Positions 9,348 through 19,852 are shown, counted from the first letter of the stretch. The stretch is 64,000 bases of DNA from an uncultured bacterium (GCA_964534765.1 CAZHRJ010000001.1:762-64761); one strand, 5' to 3'. The notes: generated by a model from the letters alone, not told the origin. Numbers and translations are program-made.

Positions 9348-12300
9348 ATGAGGGCAAGGCGAAAGACCTTTTTGGCGATGGTCATGGCGCTGGCGGGGTT
9401 GGTGGTATCAACCCTGGCCGATGCCGCGCTGGCGGATCCGACCGCAATCACGCAGGATCTACTGGCCAAGGGGCTCTGGTCGGCCGGCCGAAAGGCCGAA
9501 CTGGAGGGGGAGTTTGGTCTGGCCGCTATGAATTACTTTCGTGCATATCATTTATACGACCATCTTTTTCGGGAAATGGAAACGGCGGAGGAAAAAGATA
9601 CCTGGAGCGAAAAAAAGATTCAGGCCTATTCCGACGGCCTGTCGGCCATCCGGCAGTACGAGCGTCTCCGTGGCGTCCGCGTGGACGTCAAGCAACTCCT
9701 TGACCTCACCAAACCACGGCTCATCACTCCGCCCAAACCTACCCTTAAGGACAAGCTTCCCCCCGTCACCCTCGCCGCTCGGCCGCTGCCGGTCGACGTC
9801 ACCGCGCCGCCGGAAGAAGAGGGCAAACAGGACAGACTGTTTGGGATTGAAAAGAGGGTGCAGATGCCGTTTGGAGGAGAGGGCAGGTCGGAATTGATTG
9901 TCCGCGGCAGGAAGTTTATCGGCTGGACCGCGTCATCGACACGGTTCAAAAAGTCGAGCGAGCTCCGAAAAAACACCAAGGACGTCAAGGTCGATCAGCA
10001 GCTGCAGATTCAGATTTCCGGAGACGTGGCGTTCCAGTTTCAGGAAGCCCTCACTGTCAACGTCCGGTTCGACGACGCCGAGCAGGACCAGAACCAGAAA
10101 CAGGCGATATCGATCAAGTTCGATCCCAAGAAAGACATCAACACGCCCCTGGGCGTCATGCGGCCCATCGCCGAATTCGGAGACGTGAATCTCAAGCTCG
10201 AGGGCACGTCCTACGCGGCCTACAACAAAAGCCTGTTCGGCCTGACCGCGGCCCTCACGTTCGACCGGTTTCACATTTTCAACCTGTTTCGGGCTGAAAA
10301 ATTCAGCACGAATTTCGTCGCGACCCAGACCAAAGGCATCAGCGCCCATAAGGAATTTACCGGCCAGAACACCCTGACCGTGAGCGACATTCCCGACATC
10401 ACCTACATCCCCCGGGTCTACTATGACGTCCTGGCCGAAAAATCGGATGCGCAGAAATCGAGCCTGTTGCCGATCAAAGTCGGGTCCGAGCAGATTTTCC
10501 GGGACGACAGGAACAGCTTCAACAACACGGCAAACACGCTCACCAACAAAACCGTCACCAACCAGGGCGCGTCCTTCAAGGGCGATTTCGACGCGCTCGT
10601 CTCCGGCCAGGACTATTTCATCGACTATCAACTCGGCATCATCCAGTTTAAATCCGCCGCCGCCGGAAACGCCGTTCTGGCGGTGTCCCTCACCACCGCG
10701 GACGGCGTGTCGATCACGGACAAGATGATCAAGGACGAGAACACGACGGACACATTCAAGAGCTACGAGTTGAAGAACCGCTATTCTCTGGGATCGACCA
10801 ACATCATCCGGAACGATCCGGATTTTATCATCCAGATCCGGGACCTGAACGGCAAATCGTTTTTTGACGCCGATTCCAATAACGTCCAGGATCCGGCCGC
10901 GGAAAAATCCTATAACGAAATTTTCGGGCTCGACGCCCAGCCCCTGGACGGCCGGACGGACGAGAAAAACATCGATTTCGATTTCGGAATTTTACGCTTC
11001 CCCGACAGCACGCCCTTTATCACCGAAAATACGGCCTTCGCCGGCCGGTCGAACGTCGAAATCTATTCGATCAGTTTTCCGACGACGAAATACAAAATCC
11101 ACGTCGAATTCGTGCAGAAGACGAACATCTATCTTCTGAATCCCGGCATCGTCAAAGGCAGCGAAATCATTTATGTCGACGGCGTTAAACTCTCCCGCGA
11201 CCAGGACTACTTCATCGATTACACGTCCGGGTTCCTCCAGTTTCTCAGGCCGGAACTCATCACCACCAAGAGCCTCATTGTGGTCGATTATGAGTATTTT
11301 CCGTTCACGAGCAAATCGAATCAGACGCTGATCGGGACCAGTCTAAAAATGACCGTGTCTCCGAACGTCTCCTGGGCGGCCACGTTCGTCTCCAATTTCG
11401 ACGACAAACCCAACGAGCGGCCGAAGGTCAATGAAGAGCCGAAAAAAGTCGAAATATCCGATTTCCTGATCAATGTGAATCCCCTGGGAATGGTGCGGGA
11501 GGGCCTGGGCAATTTCACCAAGAAACCGATCGCGTTCCTCAACCCCTTTAACCTGAGCTTCTCGTTCGAAAACGCGTCGAGCCGGTTCAATTACAACACG
11601 CACGGCGAGGCGATCCTGTCGGATTTCGAGGATGCCGGACTGATTACCCAATTGGGCAGCAGCCAGAACCAGTGGCGGCCGGAAATCCCGGATGGATTCG
11701 ACACCGGCGGCCGGGGCGACTACACGATCACACAGATTGCCGGCGTCGGGCACCTGGACAATCAGGCGAACGTCAACGCCGAGGATCTGAGAGACCAGGC
11801 GTCCCTGAAAGTCGGCTACACCTTCGCCACGACCGGGCAGGCCGACACCTATGTCTCCCTGTCGTTCCACATTTCGGACGTCACCCAGGATCTGTCGAAA
11901 CGGACGTTTCTTGAATTCTGGGTGAATGACGCCAACAATCCGGACGTCACGCTGGACATGGGGATTTTGAACGAGGATGGGGACAACGACGGTCTCCTGG
12001 ACTCCGAAGACGGCAACAAGGACAACCTGCTCAATTCCGGCGAGGATGCCGGAATCGACCTGGGGTTGACCAACCGCATCGGGACCGGCAACGGCATACT
12101 CGATTCGGAAGACCGGGACAAGGATGGGACGCTGGATGTGGACCAGGCCTTTTTCCGCGCGGTCCTGAGCGATTCGGCCGTGGTGGAAACCAAGACGTTT
12201 GACAACGGGTGGAAACGGTACCAGGTGTTTCTCAACACGCTCGTCGAGAACACTCAATACAGCAATCAAAAGGCCGACCTGAAAGCGATCAAGGACCTGC

Positions 12301-14726
12301 GTCTGACGTTCAGCAAGCCGGCCGGCAGTTCGGCGACGAGCGGGTCGCTGCTGATCAACGACATCTCCATCCAGGGAGTGAGCTGGGAGGACGACAATTT
12401 CAAAGACACGAAAACATTCACCGTCGGAGTGGTTTCCAGCAGGACCGATCCGTCGTTTACTCCTCCACCCGAAATCGTCGGCAACATCCCGACGCTGGAC
12501 GCCAAGGCCCTGGCGCTGTCCTACTCCTCCATGAAGGGTCAGCATGTCACGCAGTTTCTTCCCGCCGCCGACATCCGGCTGTCGCTCTACAAAAAACTCA
12601 ATTTCTGGGTCAAACCCGCGGACGCGACGAATTTCGGCGACACCTTCGTATTTCGATTCGGCCCCGACGCCGGAAATTTCTTCGAAAAGTCGGTTCTGCT
12701 GACGACGACCGATTGGACGGCCATCTCGATCAATCTCGAGGAAATCGAGGAGACCTTGATCAAACTCAACATCGATACCAGCCCGCCTTTCAACAAGACC
12801 ACCGGCGGCATCCGTTATTCCGGAGGCCCAACCCTTGACCGGATCCGGTATCTGGGCGCCGGGGTCGTATCCAATGGGATCGCCACCAATACCCGGATCT
12901 ACTTGGACGAGGTCACGGTCAAGGAGGTGGAAGAGGAGCGGGGCCGGGCGAACCGGTCGGCTTTTTCATCCTCGATGTTTTCCAATCTCATCACCCTGAA
13001 CGGCAACCGGGAGATCACCGACAACACCTTCCGGCCGATCGGCCGGATCAACTACACCGGCACCGGAGATTATGTGCCTGAGGACCGCCGTACGGAGGAC
13101 TATTCGGGGACATTGAATTTTTCGCGGTTCACGTTTTTGGACCGGCTGCTCAAATTGAGCATACCGGTGTCGTTTTCGAACAAGAAGGCCAAGACATTCA
13201 TCAATCCCGATCTGGTTGAGAACGTGAAGCGATCCGACCTGGGCGACAAAACATCAGACGGGAAATCGCTCGGATTCAGCGTCTCCCGGAACTCCTACTG
13301 GCCGTCCTTCGGCGCTAGCTGGAGCAAGCAGGAGGATAACGTCAATCAGAAACTGTTCAAATCCAAACAGGAAAACACCTCAAAATCCTACTCGACAAAT
13401 TACGGATACACCGTCAACAAAAAAATCCTATGGATCATCCCCATCGGCAACACGTTCGCGTTCAATACCAACTACTCGCGCAGCATCTCGACCAATGACC
13501 GCGACATCCTGCTCGGGTCGGAACGGAACAGCTATCAGAAATCCCAGAGTGACGGCGTCGGATTCAATATCCATTACACCATCACCCGGTGGTTTGACTG
13601 GACCATCGCCATCAACCAGTCCCTGTCCCGGCAAACCCAGTCCGAAACTCAGCCGCTCAAGAAAAACGGCCGCAGCCGGTCGTACTCATGGGGATGGCCG
13701 TTCCCTCCCTTTGCCGGATTCTCGCCGAATCTGAACTGGAGCCTGAACTATTCCGAAGGGTTCAACAACGAAAGCGAGCTGAAGAATATCGGATCATCCG
13801 GGAGTTTCGGCGCCAGCCTCGGCCTCCAGCCCCATGAGTGGTGGAAGCGGCTCAAATTTCTAACCATTTCCTACGCCTATAACATCTCGGGAAGCGCCAG
13901 TTATCAGAACGTTCCGGACCAGTTCGGGTTGAGCGCGGTCTTTGACGATTTTTATCGAAACATCCTTTTTTTCTGGAAAGGCGGCAGTCTCGAAGTGCTG
14001 TCCGACACGCTTGTTCTTGCGCGCAATTCCGCGAATGTCTCGCGGGGGCATTCCATCGGCGGCGGGATCAGCATCTGGAAGAGTCTGTCCACCAACTACA
14101 GCACGGCGTTCAACCGGAATGAGGTCCAGAGTTTGAACTCGATCGACGTCTCCGACGCGTTCAGTTTCAACCTCAATAACAACCTCGATCTCAGAACCGC
14201 CAGCAGACTCTTTCGCGGCGTCAACTCCGCATCGATCAGTTACACCTATGGATTCAGCTCATCCGCCAACAAGACCACCGAAAACAAGAACATCTCCAAC
14301 GGACTGACCTGGTCAATGGGCTGGACGGACCGGATGAGAACGAGCATGGGATACACGTTCGGATTTAACGCCGTAAAGGACCGGCTGTCGATCAGCAAGG
14401 GACAAGGCCAAACGGGCAATTTTTCGATGTCCTATCTGCTCAGCAATCCATTCAAGATGACAACCTTTACCGGAAACCTGCTTCGATTCCAAAACCGGCT
14501 GGAACTCCTCAACGCATTTAACTGGAGCAACACCAAAAACCAGATCGACGGTGTCAAAAAAACCGACAACATGACCTACGGCGGCAACGTCGGCATCAAC
14601 TACGATCTCCGCGAAAACTTCCGCATCGCCGCCGGCGGGACCTACACGGTCACCAGCAACGAGATCACCCCGGATGACGACAAAAGCGTGACCGCTCTGA
14701 ACGCGACGGCGGAACTACGGTTTTAG
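9348..14726 (+). CDS. giant outer-membrane protein, possibly SprA-like, with TSP3-type Ca-binding repeats
   Basis: ORF 9303..14726. The ATG at 9348 is preferred: GGGG is 6 nt upstream and it gives a classic signal peptide MRARRKTFLAMVMALAGLVVSTLADA. The C-terminal ~700 aa are S/N/T/G/Y-rich with an alternating pattern and end in ...TAELRF, the aromatic terminal residue typical of BAM substrates. Confidence 0.7.
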   Translation: MRARRKTFLAMVMALAGLVVSTLADAALADPTAITQDLLAKGLWSAGRKAELEGEFGLAAMNYFRAYHLYDHLFREMETAEEKDTWSEKKIQAYSDGLSAIRQYERLRGVRVDVKQLLDLTKPRLITPPKPTLKDKLPPVTLAARPLPVDVTAPPEEEGKQDRLFGIEKRVQMPFGGEGRSELIVRGRKFIGWTASSTRFKKSSELRKNTKDVKVDQQLQIQISGDVAFQFQEALTVNVRFDDAEQDQNQKQAISIKFDPKKDINTPLGVMRPIAEFGDVNLKLEGTSYAAYNKSLFGLTAALTFDRFHIFNLFRAEKFSTNFVATQTKGISAHKEFTGQNTLTVSDIPDITYIPRVYYDVLAEKSDAQKSSLLPIKVGSEQIFRDDRNSFNNTANTLTNKTVTNQGASFKGDFDALVSGQDYFIDYQLGIIQFKSAAAGNAVLAVSLTTADGVSITDKMIKDENTTDTFKSYELKNRYSLGSTNIIRNDPDFIIQIRDLNGKSFFDADSNNVQDPAAEKSYNEIFGLDAQPLDGRTDEKNIDFDFGILRFPDSTPFITENTAFAGRSNVEIYSISFPTTKYKIHVEFVQKTNIYLLNPGIVKGSEIIYVDGVKLSRDQDYFIDYTSGFLQFLRPELITTKSLIVVDYEYFPFTSKSNQTLIGTSLKMTVSPNVSWAATFVSNFDDKPNERPKVNEEPKKVEISDFLINVNPLGMVREGLGNFTKKPIAFLNPFNLSFSFENASSRFNYNTHGEAILSDFEDAGLITQLGSSQNQWRPEIPDGFDTGGRGDYTITQIAGVGHLDNQANVNAEDLRDQASLKVGYTFATTGQADTYVSLSFHISDVTQDLSKRTFLEFWVNDANNPDVTLDMGILNEDGDNDGLLDSEDGNKDNLLNSGEDAGIDLGLTNRIGTGNGILDSEDRDKDGTLDVDQAFFRAVLSDSAVVETKTFDNGWKRYQVFLNTLVENTQYSNQKADLKAIKDLRLTFSKPAGSSATSGSLLINDISIQGVSWEDDNFKDTKTFTVGVVSSRTDPSFTPPPEIVGNIPTLDAKALALSYSSMKGQHVTQFLPAADIRLSLYKKLNFWVKPADATNFGDTFVFRFGPDAGNFFEKSVLLTTTDWTAISINLEEIEETLIKLNIDTSPPFNKTTGGIRYSGGPTLDRIRYLGAGVVSNGIATNTRIYLDEVTVKEVEEERGRANRSAFSSSMFSNLITLNGNREITDNTFRPIGRINYTGTGDYVPEDRRTEDYSGTLNFSRFTFLDRLLKLSIPVSFSNKKAKTFINPDLVENVKRSDLGDKTSDGKSLGFSVSRNSYWPSFGASWSKQEDNVNQKLFKSKQENTSKSYSTNYGYTVNKKILWIIPIGNTFAFNTNYSRSISTNDRDILLGSERNSYQKSQSDGVGFNIHYTITRWFDWTIAINQSLSRQTQSETQPLKKNGRSRSYSWGWPFPPFAGFSPNLNWSLNYSEGFNNESELKNIGSSGSFGASLGLQPHEWWKRLKFLTISYAYNISGSASYQNVPDQFGLSAVFDDFYRNILFFWKGGSLEVLSDTLVLARNSANVSRGHSIGGGISIWKSLSTNYSTAFNRNEVQSLNSIDVSDAFSFNLNNNLDLRTASRLFRGVNSASISYTYGFSSSANKTTENKNISNGLTWSMGWTDRMRTSMGYTFGFNAVKDRLSISKGQGQTGNFSMSYLLSNPFKMTTFTGNLLRFQNRLELLNAFNWSNTKNQIDGVKKTDNMTYGGNVGINYDLRENFRIAAGGTYTVTSNEITPDDDKSVTALNATAELRF

Positions 14727-15446
14727 AAGAACCAGACCGAATGCGCTGTACCGGCACTGAGGCACGCCGTAAAAGGAGGCCAGTCGAACCAGATACTCAT
14801 CCCAGTTCCCGACGTCGAATCTCAACGGCTCGATCGGACTTAGACCTGACCACTCAACGATCCTATGGATGTCCGACGGCGTAAAGACATCCGCTTTGCC
14901 GGGTGTCGGGCGGTCCACATAGTCCACGGTCAGAATCAGCCGGCCACCGGGTTTGAGAGCACGGGATAAACACCGGACCGCCTTCTCCTGCTCGGCGGCC
15001 GGCTGGAGATGCTCCAGGACAGACATCGAACATACTCGGTCAAACGATTCGGCCGGCCAGGACAACGCCTGCATCGGCTCGATGTGATAATCAATGTCGA
15101 CGCCGAAGAACCGCGCATTTTTTCGAAGACGGGAAGTCAAATCGGGCGCGGTCGCCAGATGGAGCCTATGAAGGAACCGGTGGAGTCTGAGAAATTTTTT
15201 GGAACGAAATCCGTCGATATCGCACGCCGAGACGCGGCATCCCAGTCGGGCCAGATAATACTGAAACACCCCGCGGCCGCTGCCGGCGTCCAGAACGGTC
15301 TGGCCCGGCCGGAAATCGCCCTGCATCACAGCCCAGGGATATTCGAGATGCTTGCCGCCCTCGATTTCCGCGCGACGCATCCGGCCGTGGCCCATCCGGC
15401 AATGCCGGCCCAGCGGATGCGCATCGACCCCCATCATCCCATGCAT
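14715..15446 (-). CDS. class I SAM-dependent methyltransferase
   Basis: 243 aa. Motif I VLDAGSGRGVFQYYLARLG, acidic loop SACDID, post-II LKPGGRLILTV. Confidence 0.75.
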   Translation of the reverse strand: MHGMMGVDAHPLGRHCRMGHGRMRRAEIEGGKHLEYPWAVMQGDFRPGQTVLDAGSGRGVFQYYLARLGCRVSACDIDGFRSKKFLRLHRFLHRLHLATAPDLTSRLRKNARFFGVDIDYHIEPMQALSWPAESFDRVCSMSVLEHLQPAAEQEKAVRCLSRALKPGGRLILTVDYVDRPTPGKADVFTPSDIHRIVEWSGLSPIEPLRFDVGNWDEYLVRLASFYGVPQCRYSAFGLVLLKP

Positions 15447-15521
15447 GTCGTCCAGGATCCGTTGATACCTCGGATCGCCCCGGAAAGATTCCGCCGTGAG
15501 AACTGAGCAGGCGTCGATGGG

Positions 15522-16856
15522 TCAGATCCTGTCCAGAATCCCGGCGAATCGGGCCGTCATGCTTTCCGCGCGGGTTGAACCATCCGGCGGGACAGCGATC
15601 GAGGATGGCTGTTTTTTCCATTGATCATAGAGCGCGGTCAGCATGCCCGCGATTGACCGGAAATCGTCAACGCCGGCCAGTCGGGCCGACGCGGCCGGGC
15701 GATCCATCAGGAGCCGGCCGGTGGGAGTGTGGGGATCGACCAGCGCCAGAATGGGCCGGCCGGCGCCGAGATACTCAAACACTTTTCCGGGAATGAACGG
15801 ATCCCTGCCGGCCGGGAGACCCGTGATCAGGACCAGCCCAGAGGACTCGCAGAGTCTCGACATGACGGCGGAATGGGTAAGAAATCCACGGAAATGCACC
15901 ACCTCATCGAGGCCGGACGACCGGATCGAATCCGCGAAACTGTTTTCCGACACGCCCAGAAACTCGACCCGCAGGACGGACCGGGCATCCGGGCGGGCCT
16001 CCAGAAACCCGCGGACGCCGGACAAAAAGGGATTCGGATCGCGGGCGTAATAGAGGTTGCCGGCATGAACGAGCAGAAACTGATCCGGACTTGGCGAAAT
16101 GCTCCGGTCAAAATCCTCTTCGTCGTACGAGTTCCAGACGACATGGGTCTTGCCGGCAAGGGCAAGGTCGGGATAGGCGGCGATGTATTCCTCGCGAGTC
16201 GTGTCGCTGGTGTAAACGACGGCGGATGCGGCCCGCAGGCATCGCCGCTCCATCTTTTTTTCCAAATATCGCGTGAAGGCGAACCGGTCGGAACAGAGCG
16301 GATACAACGTCCAGTGATCCCGATAATCCCCAATGTAGGGCACGCCGGCCGACGCCAGGGCGCTGCCGATCAGCTGGGTTGAATGATACGGCGACGAAAC
16401 CAGCACGGCGCTGAACCGGTGATGGTAGTGCTGCCGGAAGGCCTCCCTGCGAGCGACCAAGGTCCAGAGGATCTGCTCATCCGGAGTAAAGACGGCCCGC
16501 TTTATTTTTCTGAGAATCGACCGGGCGGCATCCGACGGCGTCGTGAACCGTTTTGCCTGGAGACTCGATGCCGCGGCCTTCGACGATCCCGACGACGGCA
16601 CGCCGGCAAGCGCGAGCCGCCGGACCGGCAGGGGATCCGGCACTCTGACGACCTGAACGGTCGGGGGAATTTTTCGCGTCAAATCGTCGTCCTTCAGAAA
16701 ATAGTGGTCCGGGTCCGCCGTCAGAACTGTGACTTTCCATCCGAACGACCCCAGATGCCGGACCAGCCGGAGCATCCTCATCGATCCGGACTGGGCGGCG
16801 GGAGGAAAGGTATAGGCCACCAGCAGAAGATGTTTGACCGCTGATCCGGGCCGCAC
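15522..16856 (-). CDS. glycosyltransferase (GT-B fold, GT4-like)
   Basis: 444 aa. The C-terminal half has the GT1/GT4 pattern ...FIPGKVFEYLGAGRPILAL.... Confidence 0.65.
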   Translation of the reverse strand: MRPGSAVKHLLLVAYTFPPAAQSGSMRMLRLVRHLGSFGWKVTVLTADPDHYFLKDDDLTRKIPPTVQVVRVPDPLPVRRLALAGVPSSGSSKAAASSLQAKRFTTPSDAARSILRKIKRAVFTPDEQILWTLVARREAFRQHYHHRFSAVLVSSPYHSTQLIGSALASAGVPYIGDYRDHWTLYPLCSDRFAFTRYLEKKMERRCLRAASAVVYTSDTTREEYIAAYPDLALAGKTHVVWNSYDEEDFDRSISPSPDQFLLVHAGNLYYARDPNPFLSGVRGFLEARPDARSVLRVEFLGVSENSFADSIRSSGLDEVVHFRGFLTHSAVMSRLCESSGLVLITGLPAGRDPFIPGKVFEYLGAGRPILALVDPHTPTGRLLMDRPAASARLAGVDDFRSIAGMLTALYDQWKKQPSSIAVPPDGSTRAESMTARFAGILDRI

Positions 16857-18701
16857 CTATGACACTCCGAATCGGCGCATCCAGCGGCTTAAGAATAAAA
16901 GCGTCATCAATCCATACCCCAGATCCACTCCGGACGTCCGATGGAGGCGGACCAGCGATTCGACGGCGGCGCGGCGCAGCCGGCCGGTGGAGGTCAGGGG
17001 ATTATCAGGGGCGGTGAGTTCATCCCCCATCGCGGGGTTTTCCCGGATCCATCGGGAAAAAGGGACCGGGAAGCCCTGTTTTTTTCGGTACAAAATCCGG
17101 TCTGGAACAAGTCCTCGCATGGCTTGCTTCAAGATCCATTTCCCCTCGCCATTTCGATGTTTGAGAGACGCGGCAAGCCGGAATGCCCACTCGACCAGCG
17201 TATGATCGAGAAACGGGACCCGAAGTTCAACGGACGTTGCCATCGTCATTTTGTCGGCCTTGAGCAAAATGTCCTCCGGCAACCACGTCTTTGTGTCCAC
17301 GTACAGCATCCGGCCAAGATTGGACGCCTCCCTCGGAATCCGCCGGTCGACCGTTCGGAGCAGGTCCCACGGGTCCGGCGACGATTCGAACGCGGGATTC
17401 AGCCGCAGCCGTTCCTGCGGCAAAAAAGGGAGCGTCTGGGAATGAACCTCCAGAACCTCGCGGATGATCGCAAGCGTCCGGAGGGCGTTCCATCCGAAGT
17501 AATTCAAGCGCGCAAGAAGAGCGGATGGAAAGAGGTCAAAAAGGAAAGACAGTTTTTTATAGAGGGGAAACTTTCCATAGGCATATCCCGCCAGAGTCTC
17601 ATCAGCGCCTTCACCGGAAAGAAGCACGATATGTCCGTTGTCCCGGGCAAGTTTGGCCACAAAATAGAGCGGAACCGCCGCGGGATCGGCAATCGGCTCG
17701 TCCTGATACCACACAATCTCCTCCAGAAAATCGAGATATCCCTTCAAGTCCAGTCGCGTCTCGTGATGACGCGTCCGGATAAACGCCGACGCCTCCCGCG
17801 CGTAGCTGCCTTCCGAAAATCCCGATTCACCAAAATCAATGAAAAACGTGTCTACCGGATCCTTCCTCTCCTGCGCCGCCAGCGCGGCGATCGCGCTCGA
17901 GTCCACCCCGCCTGACAGGAACACTCCCAGCGGCACGTCCGACATGAGCTGGCCCCGGACCGCCTCCTTGAGCCGGCTGCGCAGCTCATCCGACGCGCGA
18001 TCCGGAGTCAGACGCAAATCCTCCCGAACTTCCAGATTCCAATACGGCCGGGTATCCCAACGGCCGCCCGCGGACCACACACCGATATATCCCGGCGGCA
18101 ACTTCTCGACTCCGGCAAACAAAGTCCGGGGCGCGGGAACGTATCTGAGGGCAAGATGGACCGGAAGAGATTCCTCATCCAGCCGCGCCGGAATCAGCCC
18201 GCTCGACACAAACGCCTTCGCCTCCGACGCGAACGCTATTCCGCCGCCGGATAATCGCGCAACATACAGCGGTTTCACGCCCAGACGATCCCGCGCCAGC
18301 ATAAGCCGGCCGCGGCGACGGTCCCATAGGGCGAAGGCGTAAATTCCGTTCAGCCGCTCGACCAGTGACTCATTCCATTCTTTATAGCCATGGACCAGAA
18401 CCTCGGTGTCGCACTGCGTCCGGAACCGGTGTCCGCGGGATTCGAGTTCGCGACGAATGGCGAGATGGTTGTAGATTTCGCCGTTGTAGGTCACGACGAC
18501 CGATTCGTCGGCGTCGGTCATCGGCTGGGCGCCGGCGGCTAGATCAATGATCGCCAGCCGTCGATGGCCTAAAAAAACCGCGGCGGACCGGTCCTCCCAG
18601 AATCCCTCACCATCCGGCCCGCGGTGTTTCTGAAGGTCGCACATGCGGCGCGCAATTTGCGGATCGACAGGGACACCGACGACACCGGCGATCCCACACA
18701 C
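16857..18701 (-). CDS. asparagine synthase (glutamine-hydrolysing)-family amidotransferase
   Basis: 614 aa. N-terminal nucleophile MCGIAG (Ntn glutaminase) and PP-loop SGGVDSS. Confidence 0.85.
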   Translation of the reverse strand: MCGIAGVVGVPVDPQIARRMCDLQKHRGPDGEGFWEDRSAAVFLGHRRLAIIDLAAGAQPMTDADESVVVTYNGEIYNHLAIRRELESRGHRFRTQCDTEVLVHGYKEWNESLVERLNGIYAFALWDRRRGRLMLARDRLGVKPLYVARLSGGGIAFASEAKAFVSSGLIPARLDEESLPVHLALRYVPAPRTLFAGVEKLPPGYIGVWSAGGRWDTRPYWNLEVREDLRLTPDRASDELRSRLKEAVRGQLMSDVPLGVFLSGGVDSSAIAALAAQERKDPVDTFFIDFGESGFSEGSYAREASAFIRTRHHETRLDLKGYLDFLEEIVWYQDEPIADPAAVPLYFVAKLARDNGHIVLLSGEGADETLAGYAYGKFPLYKKLSFLFDLFPSALLARLNYFGWNALRTLAIIREVLEVHSQTLPFLPQERLRLNPAFESSPDPWDLLRTVDRRIPREASNLGRMLYVDTKTWLPEDILLKADKMTMATSVELRVPFLDHTLVEWAFRLAASLKHRNGEGKWILKQAMRGLVPDRILYRKKQGFPVPFSRWIRENPAMGDELTAPDNPLTSTGRLRRAAVESLVRLHRTSGVDLGYGLMTLLFLSRWMRRFGVS

Positions 18702-18703
18702 AA

Positions 18704-19852
18704 CTAGACTGAGCCCGCCCTCTTCAGTGCGGCCACAATCCGAATCGCGGCCCGGCCGTCATCCACGCGCCGGACCAGCCGGCGGGCCGGCCAGTGGCGC
18801 CTTCGGCGATGGCGCAGGAGATGCCGTCTCCAGGCGAGAAGAATCTTTTTGGGATGGTTTCCCGTCAGACGATTGAACTTCCGTTCAATGGTTTCCGGCC
18901 GGTCGCTGTTGTTCCGGATGGTGAAACAGGGAACCCCCAGGAAACTCGTCTCATCCTGGATGCTCCCCGAATCGGTCATCACCAGGTCCGACCGGATCAT
19001 CAGCGCTAGAAAATCGATATATCCGAGCGGTTCGCACACGACGATCCGAGAGCTCCTGGCGGCGCCGGAGTCGATACCGAACTCGCGGATCATTTTTTGC
19101 GTCCGGGGATGCATTGGGAAAAGGATTGTCCTTTCCTCGGAAATCCTCGACAACGCCTCCCAGATCGGCACGAACGTCTCCGGATCGTCGACGTTTTCCG
19201 GCCGGTGAAGCGTCAGCAGGATGAACGGCAGATCCGGCGGCAGGCGGCGGCGGAGCACGGCGGACGTCAAAGGATTTCGGCGTCGGGCCTTGGGCAGAGA
19301 CGCGATCAGAGAATCGAACATGGTATTTCCGACCAGGGCGATCTTTCCGGGAGAAATACCTTCCCGTTTCAAATTCCGGGCGGCCGTGGTTGTCGGGGCG
19401 AACAGGAGATCGGAGATATGATCCGCCATGATGCGGTTGAGTTCCTCCGGGATCGAAAAATCCTCGTGGATATGCCGGATTCCGGCTTCGATATGGCCCA
19501 CCCGCAGGCCCACCTTTTTGGCGCATAGCGTCGCCGCGAGCGTCGAATTGACATCGCCGTACACCAGCACCCAGTCCGGTTTGGGGTCCTTCAGGAGATA
19601 CGGTTCCATCGCGAGGAGCGCCTTCGCGGTCTGCTGCGCGTGGGTTCCCGATCCGATTTCAAGATTGATATCCGCGGCCGGGATGCCCAGATCCCTGAAA
19701 AACGAATCCGATAGATTCGGGTTGTAGTGCTGGCCCGTGTGCAGAATCACATGATCCGTTCCGGCGGCCTTCAGGGCCTTGTGGACCGGCGCCAATTTGA
19801 CAAAGTTCGGCCGGGTGCCGACAACCGATAGAATTCTCACAATGCCCGTCAC
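18704..19852 (-). CDS. wecB: UDP-N-acetylglucosamine 2-epimerase (non-hydrolysing)
   Basis: 382-aa ORF. SVVGTRPNFVKLAP, HTGQHY and GNTMFDS are WecB/MnaA blocks. The true start may be the in-frame GTG at 19840 (MRILSVVGTRPNF). Confidence 0.85.
   Translation of the reverse strand: MTGIVRILSVVGTRPNFVKLAPVHKALKAAGTDHVILHTGQHYNPNLSDSFFRDLGIPAADINLEIGSGTHAQQTAKALLAMEPYLLKDPKPDWVLVYGDVNSTLAATLCAKKVGLRVGHIEAGIRHIHEDFSIPEELNRIMADHISDLLFAPTTTAARNLKREGISPGKIALVGNTMFDSLIASLPKARRRNPLTSAVLRRRLPPDLPFILLTLHRPENVDDPETFVPIWEALSRISEERTILFPMHPRTQKMIREFGIDSGAARSSRIVVCEPLGYIDFLALMIRSDLVMTDSGSIQDETSFLGVPCFTIRNNSDRPETIERKFNRLTGNHPKKILLAWRRHLLRHRRRRHWPARRLVRRVDDGRAAIRIVAALKRAGSV

Noticed and set aside
11343-12545. 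400-aa ORF antisense inside the giant outer-membrane protein gene
   Set aside because: No recognisable domain and composition typical of antisense frames in GC-rich DNA. The sense frame is open for 5.4 kb and has a signal peptide and an OMP terminus.
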